From the NCBI GenBank assembly GCA_048772705.1, contig JBLWGC010000159.1:124001-188000 (forward strand): 64,000 bases of DNA, written 5' to 3'. Under the pieces are notes generated by a model. It saw only the letters and a program-made list of their open reading frames with translations, was not told where the DNA came from and made no database searches. This DNA is from Leidyana gryllorum EB-2025a. Taxonomy: Eukaryota > Protista > Apicomplexa. Below are positions 31,423 to 44,826 of the stretch, piece after piece (position 1 is the stretch's first letter; every line of letters begins with the position of its first letter). The translations under genes and the position numbers were made by a program.

Positions 31423-34400
31423 ATGAGCTCTCCACCGAAGGGTAAGTGGAATTAGACGGTGATAATGAATCGGGATATTGTTATGCAGACTTCTCAAGCC
31501 TCACGATAGAGGGCTCGTATGATCCTCGTACCGTTGAAGAAGGATGGTCGAAGTGGTGGGAAGAGCAAGGCTTTTTCGTGGCTGATGCCGAAAGGGGGTT
31601 GAATGCAGCTGACTCCAAGAAGTTTGTGATGGTTATCCCTCCTCCCAACGTTACTGGGAGTCTCCATCTCGGGCACACAATGATGGCTGCTATCGAAGAT
31701 ACCTTGACTCGTTGGCATAGGATGAGGGGTGACGTCACTCTGTGGCTCCCGGGCACGGATCATGCGGGAATCGCGACTCAATCTGTTGTGGAGCGCGCAT
31801 TGATGAGAGACGAGAAGCTCACACGTCACGACCTCGGCCGGGAGAAGTTTATCGAACGTACAATGAAGTGGAAGGAGGACTACGGTGGACGCATTTTGTA
31901 TCAGCTCCGACGTCTTGGCTGCTCCTGTGACTGGAGTCGTGAGGCCTTCACTATGAGTGACAGCCTCAGCAAGGGCGTGACTGAAGCTTTTGTACGAATG
32001 TACGACAGAGGACTCATCTATCGCGAGAAACGTCTCGTTTCTTGGTCTCCCTTCTTGAGAACAGCTCTCAGTGACATTGAAGTGGACACTGACGAGTTTG
32101 AGAAACCCGATCGGATCCGTGTGCCGGGACTCGAGAAGACTGTGGAGGTGGGCATGTTGTGGCACTTCCGCTACCCCCTCAAGGAGGACCCGTCCAAGTC
32201 GATCGAGGTCGCCACTACTCGTCTGGAAACTATGTTGGGAGATGTTGCAGTGGCTGTCAACCCCAAAGACGAGCGTTATCTCTCTTTCATCGGCAAAGAG
32301 CTCTCTCACCCTTTCATAGCGGACCGCGTTATGACTGTGGTGGCAGACGATCACTGTGATCCCGAATTTGGCACTGGCGCTGTCAAGATTACCCCCGCCC
32401 ACGATAAGAATGATTGGGAGATTGGTGTCAGACACAACCTCCCGGCCATCTCTGTCTTCACTCTGGACGGCCGTATCGCTGAGAATGGAGGTCAGTTCGC
32501 CGGAATGCACAGATTCGAGGCGCGCGTTGCTATCGAAAAGGAGCTCGAGAAGTTGGGATTGATGGGGGAGAAGACTCCCAACCCCAAAAAGATGGCGCTG
32601 CCTCGCTGCTCGCGCTCAGGAGATGTGGTGGAATTCATGCTGCTGCCCCAATGGTGGGTAAAGTGTGACGGTATGGCCAAACGGTCTCTCGATGCTGTTC
32701 GAAACGGAGACCTCGTCCTCTATCCGGAAGGCACCGACAAACAGTGGTACTATTGGATGGAGAACATCCGCGATTGGTGTGTGAGCCGTCAGCTGTGGTG
32801 GGGCCACAGAATTCCCGCTTATTTGGCGATCAACCCGGAAACCGAGGAGGCCCACAAGGACGATAAGGGCGCAGATGTTTGGATCGTTGCGAGAGATCAG
32901 CAGGAAGCTGAGGACAGAGCCAAAGCTATTTTGGGAGACAAAAAATACCGGCTGGAACAGGATCCCGACGTCTTAGACACGTGGTTCAGCAGTGGGCTCT
33001 TCCCTCTGTCCACTCTCGGGTGGCCCAACAAGGAGGCCCTTGACTACAAAGCTTTCTTCCCGACCACTTTGTTGGAGACCGGTGGCGACATTATCTTCTT
33101 CTGGGTCGCCAGAATGGTCATGATGACTCTGGAACTCGAAGATGTTCTCCCGTTCAAACAAGTACTTTTCCACCCCATTGTTAGAGACGCCCATGGAAAG
33201 AAGATGAGCAAATCAGTGGGGAATGTTGTCGACCCAGTGGATGTCATCGAAGGCATCACATTGGAAAAGATGGCTGAGAACATCCAGAAATCCAATCTCA
33301 AAGAGACGGAAGTCAAGAGGGCCCTCGATGCCCAAAAGAAAGATTTCCCTAATGGAATCGAGACTTGTGGTGCCGATGCTCTCCGCTATGGCCTTCTTGC
33401 TTACCTCTCCGGCGGCCGGAGCATCAATCTCGACATTTCCCGCGTTGTCGGCTATCGCCATTTCTGCAACAAACTCTGGAATGCCTCCAAGTTCGCCATG
33501 ACCTTCTTCAAGAGCGCACAACCCAAAGGCTTCGTTCCCGATTGGGCCAATGTGGACCGCTCAGCACTCCACTGGGCCGACAGATGGATCCTTCATCGCT
33601 CCTCCCAGGCTGCTTCCAAAGCCAACGCGGCTCTCGAGACTTACCAATTCGATGATGCTGTCACTGCGACTTACAACTTCTGGTTGTATGAGTTCTGTGA
33701 TATCTACCTCGAACTCGTCAAACCCAGATTGAATAGACTCCATGAAGATGTTCCCAATCTCGAGAAGGATGAGATCAGCGCACTTCAGACAATGTTTGTC
33801 GTCATGGAAAGAGGCTTCCGTCTTCTCCATCCCATGGTGCCGTTCGTCTCTGAAGAACTCTGGCAGCGACTTCTCGCCGTCCCGCAGGCCTGTGGTACCC
33901 GCCACAACTATCCAGTGTCCGCTGCTGTGGCTGATTACCCCACCCCCATCAACGGATGGAACGATCCAGTCATTGACCAGGAGATGGAGTTGATGATGGA
34001 GGTTGTACGCCACTTCCGATCTATGCTTGCTCAATTCGAGGTTCCTCCCAAACACAAGCTCGCAGCATTCGTCAAGACGCGCGAAGACGCTTCAACCGAA
34101 TCTCGATTCATTGCGGAAAGGGCGCGAGACATTGTCACATTGGCCAAATTGGCATCGGTAGGTGCAAAGAAGCTATATTTTATGATCGTGGCGTGTGTTG
34201 GTACCCGTGTGTGCATTGTGTGGCGATCATTTCATCACACCCTTTTTCAGCTGGAGGTGGTCACCGAAGAACAATTGGGGAAACCTGGAATCGTCCAGAA
34301 TGTCATAAACGATAAGCTGAGTTCCGGCTTGGATAGCGCCGGGCTTATTGACTTTGGTAAAGTCAGAGTCAAGTTGCAGAAGAGGCTCGATCTCCTTGAG

Positions 34401-34562
34401 AAGTCATTTATGGGATTGAAGAAGAAGATGGATATGGCCGACTACGAGACGAAAGTGCCCGAGACGGTGAAGGTTGCGAATAGCGAGAAGTTGGTATCGG
34501 TTACCGAAGAGAAGGAGGAAGTAGCAAAGACTCTGACAATGCTTAACACACTTGCTGCCTAA
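31423..34562 (+). CDS. VARS: Valyl-tRNA synthetase
   Basis: PPPNVTGSLHLGH, PGTDHAGIATQ, DWCVSRQLWWGHRIP, DVLDTWFSS, KMSKS; short first exon and a late intron. Confidence 0.97.
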
Positions 34563-34648
34563 AACGTTATGTGGTAACCGATTTTAGCAATGAACTTCTG
34601 GTGCCCCAGTGTTGTATTTGGGGTGAGGGGATTGGATTATATTGTTAG

Positions 34649-36545
34649 ATGCCCGAAGACGCCTCCACACTGAGTAGCTTTATAACATACAGAGATGAGT
34701 CTCCTAAACCGATAAAGAAGCCTAGACGTCGCTACACAATAGCGGGCGGTGCACATTTGCGGTCAGCTCCTCATTATCAGAGCTCGGATTCGTCCTCTCG
34801 GCAAGACGAGACATCAGAGCCAAATCATTGGGGCAGTCCGATCCGACCATCTATTCCAACACCTCATACCATCTCTTTGAATCTCCAACGCATCCTGAGT
34901 GGTCCTGTGAATCATTCTGGGGAGGTGGGTCGAAGCGAAAGCCATTTTGTGATTTACATGCAGCAGGTCTTACTGAACTCGGCTAGGCCACCGAATGATC
35001 GAAAGCTGAGCTTTAGTTCGCGTGCTCAGATCCTCCCCACACAAAGGTCATCGTCTTTCCGTGGCTTGCAGGCGCGGAGCCCCAACGGAGCGCAGAGCGC
35101 CCGTTTCCTGGGCAGCACCCCACCTTTGGCTTCCACGACGAATTTGCGGCGCACAAGTTTGCTCACGCGCTGCGCAGCGCCGTCGAATCGGAGTGCAGTG
35201 CCTGTGAGCGAGGCCAATGACACGAGTAAACGGCTGCAGCTGACGGATTCGGATCGGGAAGCGCCCCAATTAGTCGATACAGAGGTCGATTCACAGACAT
35301 TTGGTCGTTCTGGAGCTACTGATGCGTCGGGGGACACAGATGGTATAGGTCGACAAGTTCCCCATTCTTTATATAACTGCAATGTGTTGGACGCCTACAC
35401 CCAAACTAACGAGAACGAGTGGGCCCGTCCGGCCAGGTGGAAACAGCACTCGGGTCGCGAGTGGGTCGACCTCCGAGATGGCGAAATTTCATACACTGAA
35501 GAGAACTCTGAGTATCACGACGAAGGGAACACTACTGCAACTGAGGATAATGAGCGTTTAACTGATCTCAGTTGCGACTGCCAAACAGCCAAGAAGCCTC
35601 GTACACGGCGACACTTCACACACCATATTGCCAACCACATTGAATCCATCTTGTTGGTGAGCAGTCTCCCCCGACACCACTCCCACTCCCACACACACGC
35701 ACACACACAAATGTGTGTCTCCCGATCACTTTTTGATAACACGTCTGTTTCCGATCAGTTATGTGGCGCGGATGAAGGTACTGACTTGAATGTGATTGGC
35801 ACCCACGCTGCCCGTTCGTTGTGGGCGGCCACTCAGGGGCATAGGACTGATTTTTTCTCCGAGCGGCTCATTCCACCTGGGAAGGGGGCTACACTGCCTC
35901 GAGGAATTTACAACAATGCGTTTGGGCCACCCCCACACGATCCTACCGACAATAGTGAGGGAGATCAACGATGTAACTGGTATTGGACGAGTAGTTCTTG
36001 CAGTTGATACTGACTCTGTACCCTCTGTATCCCGAATCGCTCATGGGATGACTACTGTTCGCTCTATTCGCTATACGTCGACATGCGATCGACATTTGAT
36101 GCCTTTCTTTGGTTGCATTGGAGTTTGGTGAGTGATCTTTGTGATTAGTGTTGGTCACAAGTGGTTATCTGTGCAGTTGTGTGCCTGACGAGTACAGTTT
36201 GACTCAAAGCAAACTGGTCCGTCTCGTTCGGGGGCTCTCCAAGATGTTACATAATCACGAAGGATTGGCGGCCGATATTGCCGAAACGATCAATACATTG
36301 ATACAGCCCATTGGTGTGATGGTTGCGGTCGACGCCAAGTGAGCTTGAGGTCACATGTTACGGATGACAAGGTTGAACCGCAGGTATACCTGCCAAATGG
36401 CACAAGGGGGTGACGAGAGCTTGGAGAGCCGAGCGATCTGTGCACGAGGGGTGTTCGAGTAAGTGAGGTGGTGCAATGTTGATACGTTCTCAGAACTAAT
36501 TGGCATGCGTATCAGTTGGGGCGTGAAGAGTTGCGAAGTCACTGA
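34649..36545 (+). CDS. Divergent GTP cyclohydrolase I-like protein with long N-terminal extension, multi-exon
   Basis: STCDRHLMPFFG, SKLVRLV, IAETI..LIQPIGVMVAVDAK|YTCQMAQG and ARGVF align with FolE motifs. Confidence 0.7.
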
Positions 36546-36595
36546 CCCTTTAGTACATGCATGCAACTGAGGGGCTTATTCCATCAGTCGTGAAC

Positions 36596-38634
36596 ATGCT
36601 CAAACCAGGACAAAAGGATAGCCCTATTGGCGCTTTGGGCCAGCCAGAACAGGTGACGGTCAACATGGATAATACTTTTACGTCTCGGCCCCCGCAACTC
36701 GGAATCGAAACCTTCGCCGGTTCCGGGCAACCGCCTTACTCGGTGGGTACCACGATGGCCCCCCGTGTGGTGGCGCCTGTCCCGGCCATACATTCCGGAC
36801 CTCAACCAACTTACCATGTCCGTGCCACTATTACTCCGGTCCACCGTCTGGATCCGTCTCAGCCCCTCAAATACGAAGTCACCTCTGGTCCCAACGAGCG
36901 TGGAGAGATGACGGGCATCGACACCGCACCCAACCAAAGCATTATGGCCCATCTCCGACCTGAGCTCGGCCACGGACATCATCTCACTCTCCGCCCTTCT
37001 AATACTGACATCCTCGCCGACGGACTGGTCGACGAGACCGGCAGAACCAACCGCGTTGGTGCCCAAGTCCATGTCTACAGTGGAACTGAAGGTCTTGGAA
37101 CCAGTGAGTGAACCATTTGCCGCCCTCCTCTCAAAGTGTGTGTGTGTGTGTCTACAGAGAATATCATCAACCGTATGATATTGCCTTCTGACAACGCTAA
37201 AGACCCTCGCCGTCCTCTCAGCGACCAACAGGTAATGTGTTTGAGTAGTCGCTCTCGGGCTGAGTGTCAATCCCACTTTCTGTTGTGCAGCTCGTCAATC
37301 TCAGTCATTCCCACGGTTCGCGATCTATTCCCCGTCGCCGTGTGAGTGAGGGTGAAGCCCTCAAGGACGAGACCGGCGCTGAGGTGTCCAGGTCGCGCAA
37401 GTGGTGGCAACGAGGCTTGGAGAAGGTTCGACGTATGGCTTCTAAGGCCGAAGACGAGACCGAAAAGATTCTCGAGCGCGAGCTTAGCTTTGGCATAGAC
37501 AAAAACAGTCACGAAGATCTCCCGCCTGAGGCTGTGCCCCTGGATCGCGGTTATAGTCGTCTCATTCCAACACTAGTCAGCCCGAACGATGATGAACAGC
37601 CTCGCACTTTCAACTGGATTATTGGCACCGGAGAGGTCAAAGACGACGAAATTCGAGCTGCCATAGAGCGTGGGGAGTTGGGCAAGGAAGGTGGATTCTT
37701 CGATCGCCTCATGGGCCGTGTCCAGAACAAAGAAGCAGAAGACAAGTTTGTCCCTCTCTATTTCCAGGGCAGTGAACAACTTGCCGCTTTCCTGGATGAG
37801 CCCTGCAAGGGAATGCACTGGGAAGACAACCGCCTCGTCCCTGACGACGAGAACATGTCCATGGACGACGAAGACGGCCAGAATATGGTACTTCGTCCCT
37901 CCGTCGTCTATGGTGGTGTCGTCCACGGCGCACCCGAGTACGCTGGACGTCTGCCTCCGCTCACTTATCTCGTCTCTGTCATCGAGTTGCATCAATACTT
38001 GAAGATGAGTGGGTCCAAGCACCCCTGGTTCTTGGAGCAAAGACTCGATCCCCACCAGCACGCGCTCTTCGGCCCTGTCGCTTTGCCGTTCGATCCTCGC
38101 CACACCGGTATGCCCGCTCCCACTTTCCACAGCACTCTTATCCACGGCGAGGCCACACCCATCTTGCCCCCGCAAATGCTCACTTTCTTCAACTACGAGT
38201 TGCCTTGCGACTATGACGCTCGCGCCACTCTTCTGGACAAACCCATCAACCAACTCGAGGCCAACGAGGAACAGCTCGCCAGCAGCTCGGGTTCCAGTGC
38301 CGAGGAAGACAGCAGCATAGTGTCCAAGAACCAGTCCGAGACTTCGAGCTCCAGCTCGGAAGAGCCAGAACTGGCCAAGGTCCCCAAGGAAGACGACCAG
38401 GAGATACCCATCAGCCCGCAACGGTCAGGCTCCTTGCGCAAAGCCGCCGTTAGTCCTCCCGCTGGCAGTCCGGGATCCAACAACGTCAGCCCCTCCGGCC
38501 TCAGCAAAGCAGCTGCCGGTGTAGACAGTGGGAAATCTTCTCCCAGCAGACCGTCAGCATCAGCCCTCGGTACCAAAAAGTCTCTGAGCTTCAAGAGCGG
38601 AGGTGACAAGTCTCCGGATAACGTTGCCGAGTGA
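36596..38634 (+). CDS. Hypothetical protein, 3 exons, Ser-rich C-terminus
   Basis: Long ORFs joined by GT-AG introns; codon usage like neighbouring genes. Confidence 0.6.
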
Positions 38635-38704
38635 AAATGAGTCCTGTTTCATATATATATCGCTTCTTAACTCGTGTTTGCAAACACTTGCTTGATATTG
38701 TGTA

Positions 38705-39181
38705 TTACATTAACATATCGACAAATTGTGCGAAATCTTGTGGGGTTCGATCAGTGTAAATCTGAGCAGCGAAGAGATAGTGAGTCATTCAACGTGAAAC
38801 AGAGAGGGACCAAAAATCATACTTACCCACGCAACCGCTTGCTGTCGCTTGAGTTGTTCGATAGCAACAGGATCTTTGAGCTTCTCGCGGAATGCTTGGC
38901 TATTGATCAACGCATCCAAGATGTTCAAACACTGTGGGAACTGTATGTAGAGGAGATACTCCGGCTGCTTCCAATACTGTAAATACAGTAAGAACACTCG
39001 GAACGGAGGTTGCTCAAGCCATCGTTCTTTGGCCAACCCTAATTAATGAGAGCGAAGATGACCCAATGTCGGCTGCTGGCAGCCTCAACTCACAGTGTAG
39101 ATAGTCGGGATTGGCCAGACATTGGAGAAACTCCAGCTCGCAAATGAAGCGGTGACGAGCCTGGCTGGGGTCAATAGTCAT
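38705..39181 (-). CDS. MED31: Mediator subunit 31
   Basis: RFICELEFLQCLANPDYL, YLQYWKQPEY..YIQFPQCL. Confidence 0.92.
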
Positions 39182-39199
39182 AATCAAATTTTATAGTCA

Positions 39200-39664
39200 A
39201 TGTGGTCAATCAACAAGACGCCCATCCACCCTGAGAGGATCTTTGTGGAGAGTGCTCATTGCCTCGGTGTCACGATCCCCAATCCACTGGTGTCCTGTCA
39301 TGTAATAGTCATTCCCAAGAAGAGCTATGCGACTTTGGCGGACATCCCTGTGGAGGAAGCTGACGATTTGTGGACATTGGCCAACACCGTTGCAGAGGCA
39401 CTGAAGAAGAAACGGAATGTCAAGTGCACCACTTTCCTCGACAATGACGGCTACGATGCCGGAAGACCTGTGAGACATCTATACGTCTCTGTTCTGCCCC
39501 GATCAGAAAAGGACATTGTTCCCAAAGATAAACTATACGACAAGACCGAGATGGAGGCCACTGTACCCGAAGCCAGTGAAGACAGCGTTGTCACATACAC
39601 CGCTGACCAAATTAAGTCCATGTCGGATCAGGCTGCTGAACTGAAGCCTTTGTTTTCCTCGTGA
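39200..39664 (+). CDS. FHIT/Hnt2-like HIT-family protein with degenerate histidine triad
   Basis: PLVSCHVIVIPK..ATLADI; DGYDAGRPVRHLYVSVLPR vs FHIT-type DGxxAGQxVxHVHVHVLPR. Confidence 0.8.
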   Translation: MWSINKTPIHPERIFVESAHCLGVTIPNPLVSCHVIVIPKKSYATLADIPVEEADDLWTLANTVAEALKKKRNVKCTTFLDNDGYDAGRPVRHLYVSVLPRSEKDIVPKDKLYDKTEMEATVPEASEDSVVTYTADQIKSMSDQAAELKPLFSS

Positions 39665-39669
39665 TATAT

Positions 39670-41366
39670 TCAGCTTCGTTGACACAAAATCGCATGAACA
39701 CTACTAGTCTGGTAGATGGTGTTAGCTGAGCTGTCCAACAGAGTCACAGGCGGAACTGTATGCAGGCCCTCCTCAATCACTAAGTACTCCAATTCGAAAG
39801 ATCGCACCTCCGCCGGTTCTATGTTTTCAAGCAACTGACAGAATAATTGTTGACAGCCAGTCCCTGAAACTAAGCTTACGAGTGGAAGTACTCCGATTGG
39901 ACACAACGCTTGACGCGGATCGTTCGGGGCACTGACCAGTATCTTCCCAATTCCACCGCTCAGGCTAAGATTGGTGACTTCATATACGCACGACAACTTG
40001 CTCCCCACTGCACACGCCTTTGGGCCGGTCAAAAATCTGCAGATCACTCCATCATCTTCCTCAGAGCCTTCCGGTACCCTCCAAATCAGAGGCAATAAGG
40101 CCTTGCTGCAGCTCGGGGACCATAACAGCGGATGGTCGCTGATACTGCCGTCCCGGTAAGCGGCATCGTGCCGCCACTTTATGTCGAGGAGGGCCATTGT
40201 CTTCCCCATCAGCTCACGAATGTGGGCTGGATTGTCCTCCTTGAGTACCAACTTGAACAAAAAGCTCTTCTTGTGGCCCAAATCGGCCAAGAGACTGCCT
40301 TCCTCGGATTCTATGTAGGGGCCGTCCAGAGAGGAGATCTCTACGGCCCAATTGGGCGCTCGCAGATCCAAGTGTCTCAACCGCAGACTTCCTGTTCGAC
40401 ACTTTGACTTGAGAGTGAGCTCTATAATGGCCCCTCTGCGACACTGACAATATGTTACGAAGGTGTTTTCAAAGCAAAGTGTCACTCACAGGTAGAGGAC
40501 TCATTTTGTGATAGATTTCGAATGGGTCATCGACAGAAACCGAATATTCCCGTTTCACGTGGTGCTGTATCGGCTTCTCCTCCACTTCCGAGAGATATGT
40601 AGTCGGCCAGGGTGAATTGGGAGCGCTTGAGGTCCGTATGACCTCACAAGACATGTCACATGATATGCTGCAAACACGACACGACACCATAGTCAGCACC
40701 TCCAAGACTCACGTGTATGTGCCTGCGCGCAACAGGGGGAACTCACAGATAGTGTCAAAGAACTCTCCCGGTCCCAGACACACAGGGGCCGCCGCGTTGT
40801 CATACAACACTCTCCCGACCAACGAGTCAGCATTGCCACTTCGTGCCGCAACCACTGTCGAGTCGCAATCTGTAGCCCAAATGCCCAATTGCACTCGGAA
40901 CTTGTTGGCTGTGAGGGTGGTCGCTGCCTCGGCTGGGGTACTCGGAACTAATTGGTGGTTGGAGACGTTCACATATGCTTTAAAGACTTCGCCAGCAAAG
41001 ATCTGCCTTGAACCAATTGCAGGACCCTCTCACGAGAACGCAACTCCTTACCCTTGGTCGGTAGGCAACAAATAGGTACCTGACGAGATCGCGTGTAGGG
41101 TGGACGGCGGCACCCGTCGATCGGGTACCGGCGGAGGAGCCCCTTCAACCTTCCACTGACTGTATGCCAACATCTCCATCGAGTCCAGCAGAGAAGCGAG
41201 CCGCATCGCGCTGCCTGTGCGGAGTGCCTCCATATGGGGATGAGCTAAACGCATCACCCGCTAGAGACCATATGGTGTGTGGTGGTGGCCATTATCTCAC
41301 CACAAGCAATAGATTCTTGGGCACTCCATTGACTTGGGATTGCCTCCGACGTCCGGCCTGACTCAT
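39670..41366 (-). CDS. TRAPPC13: TRAPP complex subunit 13-like, multi-exon
   Basis: LLV|RVMRLAHP, YLLP...IFAGEVFKAYVNVSN, LDIKWR. Confidence 0.7.
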
Positions 41367-41381
41367 ACTTTTTTGAAGGCA

Positions 41382-43214
41382 ATGAGGGTGGAATCATTTA
41401 AGTACAACTTCGCCCCCTCCACTGACAACGCCGATGGGCGTGCGGCGGCCGCATTCGCACAGGACTTATTGGAACATTACCTCCAGGGCAAAAGAGAAGA
41501 CTTTGATGCAATCATCGATGCTACGCACATAACAAAGCGTGAGGCTGTGGCATCTGGCCTGCTGGAGTCACTGGACGGAAAACTCAAGTGGCAGCTTGAA
41601 GCCGCCCCAACGAAGGTCCCCTTCCCTCGGTTACATCAGCTATGGGGACATGTGCCTCCTTGGTTTCAGGACAAAGTCCCCCAAGCCATAATCGAGAAGC
41701 TTTGTCCCCCAGTACCACAAAGCCCCCTAACACTCCCGGAGAAGATGAAGTCCCTAACCTTAGAAGCGAGCGCGGTTCCCCGCAAGTGGAACTTTGGAGG
41801 CAGCACTGGATTTGAGGAGGACCGAATGTACTTTGGCCTCGGGGGAGCCCGACCCTTTCTCTTTGGTACTCGATGGAGCGGCGACTGCAACGTTTCTGCA
41901 CTGAGTACCGGAACATTCCCTTCTGTAGAGTTTTCATTGAGTCGACCAGTGCTGCCCTTTATCAAATCCGGAGCACGAGCACTGCCTGCATTGGGCAGTT
42001 TCAGTCTGTCGTGGCTGAACCGCAGCCACCAAAACCACTTGGAGTATCTATTGAAAGAGCGGTTCATGGCTCTGCGGGCAGAATACGCCAAGAATAAGGA
42101 TAACAAAGTGTATTGGGTGAGCGAATGGATCAAAGCTACTTGGGAATGCTAACCATTCACGCAGGGACTCGACAAGTACAAAGCCGCCATCCGTACCTCT
42201 TTGTACCTCAAGAAGATCCCCAATGACGGGTGAGCTTTATATGACACAAAGACTCAAAGTGTTCGACCTCGCACAGACTCAGTCTCCAAGAGAAGCTGTT
42301 CCACACACTTGGGTTCTCCAAGACGAAGCGCATCGAGCGACCTCAACTATCAGTGCGGCTGGACGCCCAAGGCAATCTCCAGACACCGATCGACGGTGGA
42401 CTGAAAGCGAGGGAAACTATCGGAGAGGCTACCGTTTCCGCCCGAGCCACTTGGACTCCTTGCGAGATACTGGTGAGTGGGCAATCTTATGGTGCCCAGT
42501 GACTTTTGGTTCAGTGTTGGAAACTCGGAGGCTATGTCGGGGCAGTGGGGTACCCATTCGTGTCCCCCAAGTCCCAGCCGGATAAGACAATGGGTCACGG
42601 CATCAGTGATATCCCTGTTTATAAACGGATGTTCGCTGGTGGTGCCACGAAAAAGGGGTTGAGGACACCGCTTAGAGGACTAGCTAGTGATAGAGTGGGC
42701 GGCTATGTGGTCCCCCCTTCACCAAGTACGCCGGGCTCATCATCCCCGTCGTTGAGTCTCGGTAAAGACATGGTCGAGCACATGGGAGGCCAGTTCGGAA
42801 CTGGAGCTTCTCTTGAATTCCTGATGCCGTCGCTGTATCATTTGGTGGACTCTCCGTAAGTCTTAAGCCAAACTTTCTCTCCACATCGCAATCAATACTC
42901 AGATCTGTTGATAAGTTCCCCACATTGGCCAAAGCAATGAAGGCCGTGCGACCCATGGCCTTCCTAGATGGGGGAATGGTATTATCTGATCTGCCACGCA
43001 GGGCGGCAGACCTCAAAGATGGATTACATCTTACGAAAGGTGAACAATCGTCGGTTGCCAGACGCTGAAATCAATGCAAATGCTCGTGATAGGTGTCGGC
43101 TTGTCAGCTCCATGGATGGGCGATATGCGTGTGGAGGCTACCTGGGGGTGGCCACATTGGAAGGCCTCGACCACCAAGCCCTCGAAATTCCAGATTGCTG
43201 TGCTTAAAGGATGA
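41382..43214 (+). CDS. SAM50: Sam50/Omp85 outer-membrane beta-barrel assembly protein, multi-exon
   Basis: RMFAGG...LRGL, MGG, AFLDGG; last exon GVGLSAPWMGDMRVEATWGWP...KFQIAV. Confidence 0.7.
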
Positions 43215-43224
43215 TAGATGGTTC

Positions 43225-44807
43225 CTAGGCGAGCTTTTTCGTGTCTGCGAGACTAACGGAGTGGCCCTTCCGATGCACAACGATAAAAGTGGCGGTGATT
43301 AGACTCAAAAGTGCAACTATCAGCAGTTTGGCATAACCGGGAACAGGTTCACGCCAATTAGGGATCGCTTCAGTCCACCGCAAACAAAGCAGGAACTCGG
43401 AAGTGAGAACCGCCATCAAGAGCCAAGCTTGGACACCGAGCCTGCGATGAGTGCGCCGTTCACGTAGCTCAAGACTGGATGGTGATGACTCCAATCCGCT
43501 ACCCGATTCCGAAAGAAAGGCGTGAACCTCTGACACGGCGGGCGCTGCAGCAAAGCCCACAATCAGCGTGCGCAAGGCACAAATCCAATGGCCAGGCTCG
43601 AGATTCAGGCTTGCTTTCAGCAAAAAGTAGTTGAGATCGAACATATTGATCTGCACAAACACACACACGATTGTGGAAATGATGGAGGCGTAGATGCCAC
43701 TCACGAAGAATACCAGGACGCAAAGTGTCAGAAATCTACCACAATCAGCGAACCAGCTGATGTTCCCGTACTCAGACCTGCATAGCAGCGAGTCTGGTCT
43801 TGGGCCAGTCAGAGCTCACCAAACGAAAGGGAGGAAGGCATGCCTCCATGACTCGCTATGTCTTGGGGATTCAACGGTCGAGATCCATCTGTATGTCTGG
43901 AGAGGGAAACGTGTAATCTGATGCAACGGCCGACACCTTTGTCACCTTCATTTGAAATCCGTTGCAAATCTTCATCCCCAACCACATTCCCAAAAGGTTG
44001 CAGCCGAAGACATCGAGAAGGAGGTGATCCCACCAGCACTGCGTTCCTTTCGATGTTGATATGAGCTTTGAATTCAGGCGTACCTCAAAGAAGTTTGGTA
44101 ATTTGTGGCGCAATATGAGTTCAGAAACCTCGAAAACTAATGAAGCCGCCCATAATAGGGTCCAATCTCTGAGGATAACGGCCTTCACCAACCACCCAAG
44201 TAGATGAGCCGCAACAAAGATGTCTAGTTTGTCCTTGAGAGCGTGCCATGGATCGGGTGCTTCTGAGTCGTACAGAACACATGTGGCAGCATAGGATTTT
44301 TCAGCTTTGATCTCCAGCAAAGATGGGTCAACCGCCTCGAGGACTCTCTTCACATCGAATACATTCTGGGCAGTAAGCAATTGATGCTACGAACACTGAT
44401 CGAGAGTGGTCTAATCACCTGGGAGAGGACAAAGATTAGTAGAATAAGGTATAGAAGTGTTGCTCCTTTGACAACCCTCCAGAATGTAAGAGAGGGGCGG
44501 ACAAAAATGCCATCCGGGAAGTGCAAAGCGGCGAATACCAGGAATACTACAACTCCAGAAAGAATTCCGCTGTGTGTACCCCGGATCACCACATCTTGAG
44601 GAGGGCTACTCACTATATCAGATTGCTGCGTATGTCATGGCCGCCAAATAGTAGAGAGCACGAGAAAACTACGAATAGAACGAAACATAAGATAGCAACT
44701 GTGTGAGGTCGGGAAGGCGGTTGGTATGGTTGAAATGCTCTGATCGACGCAGGAAGATACTCTTTATCGGATAGTGCGGCGGCAGATTGGACACCGACAT
44801 CAGGCAT
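43225..44807 (-). CDS. Phosphatidylserine synthase (base-exchange, PTDSS type), multi-exon
   Basis: FPDGIFVRP, DIFVAAHLLGW, FEVSEL..RHKLPNFFE|CWWDHLLLDVFGCN. Confidence 0.92.
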
Positions 44808-44826
44808 GATTAGTTATTTTTTCCAT

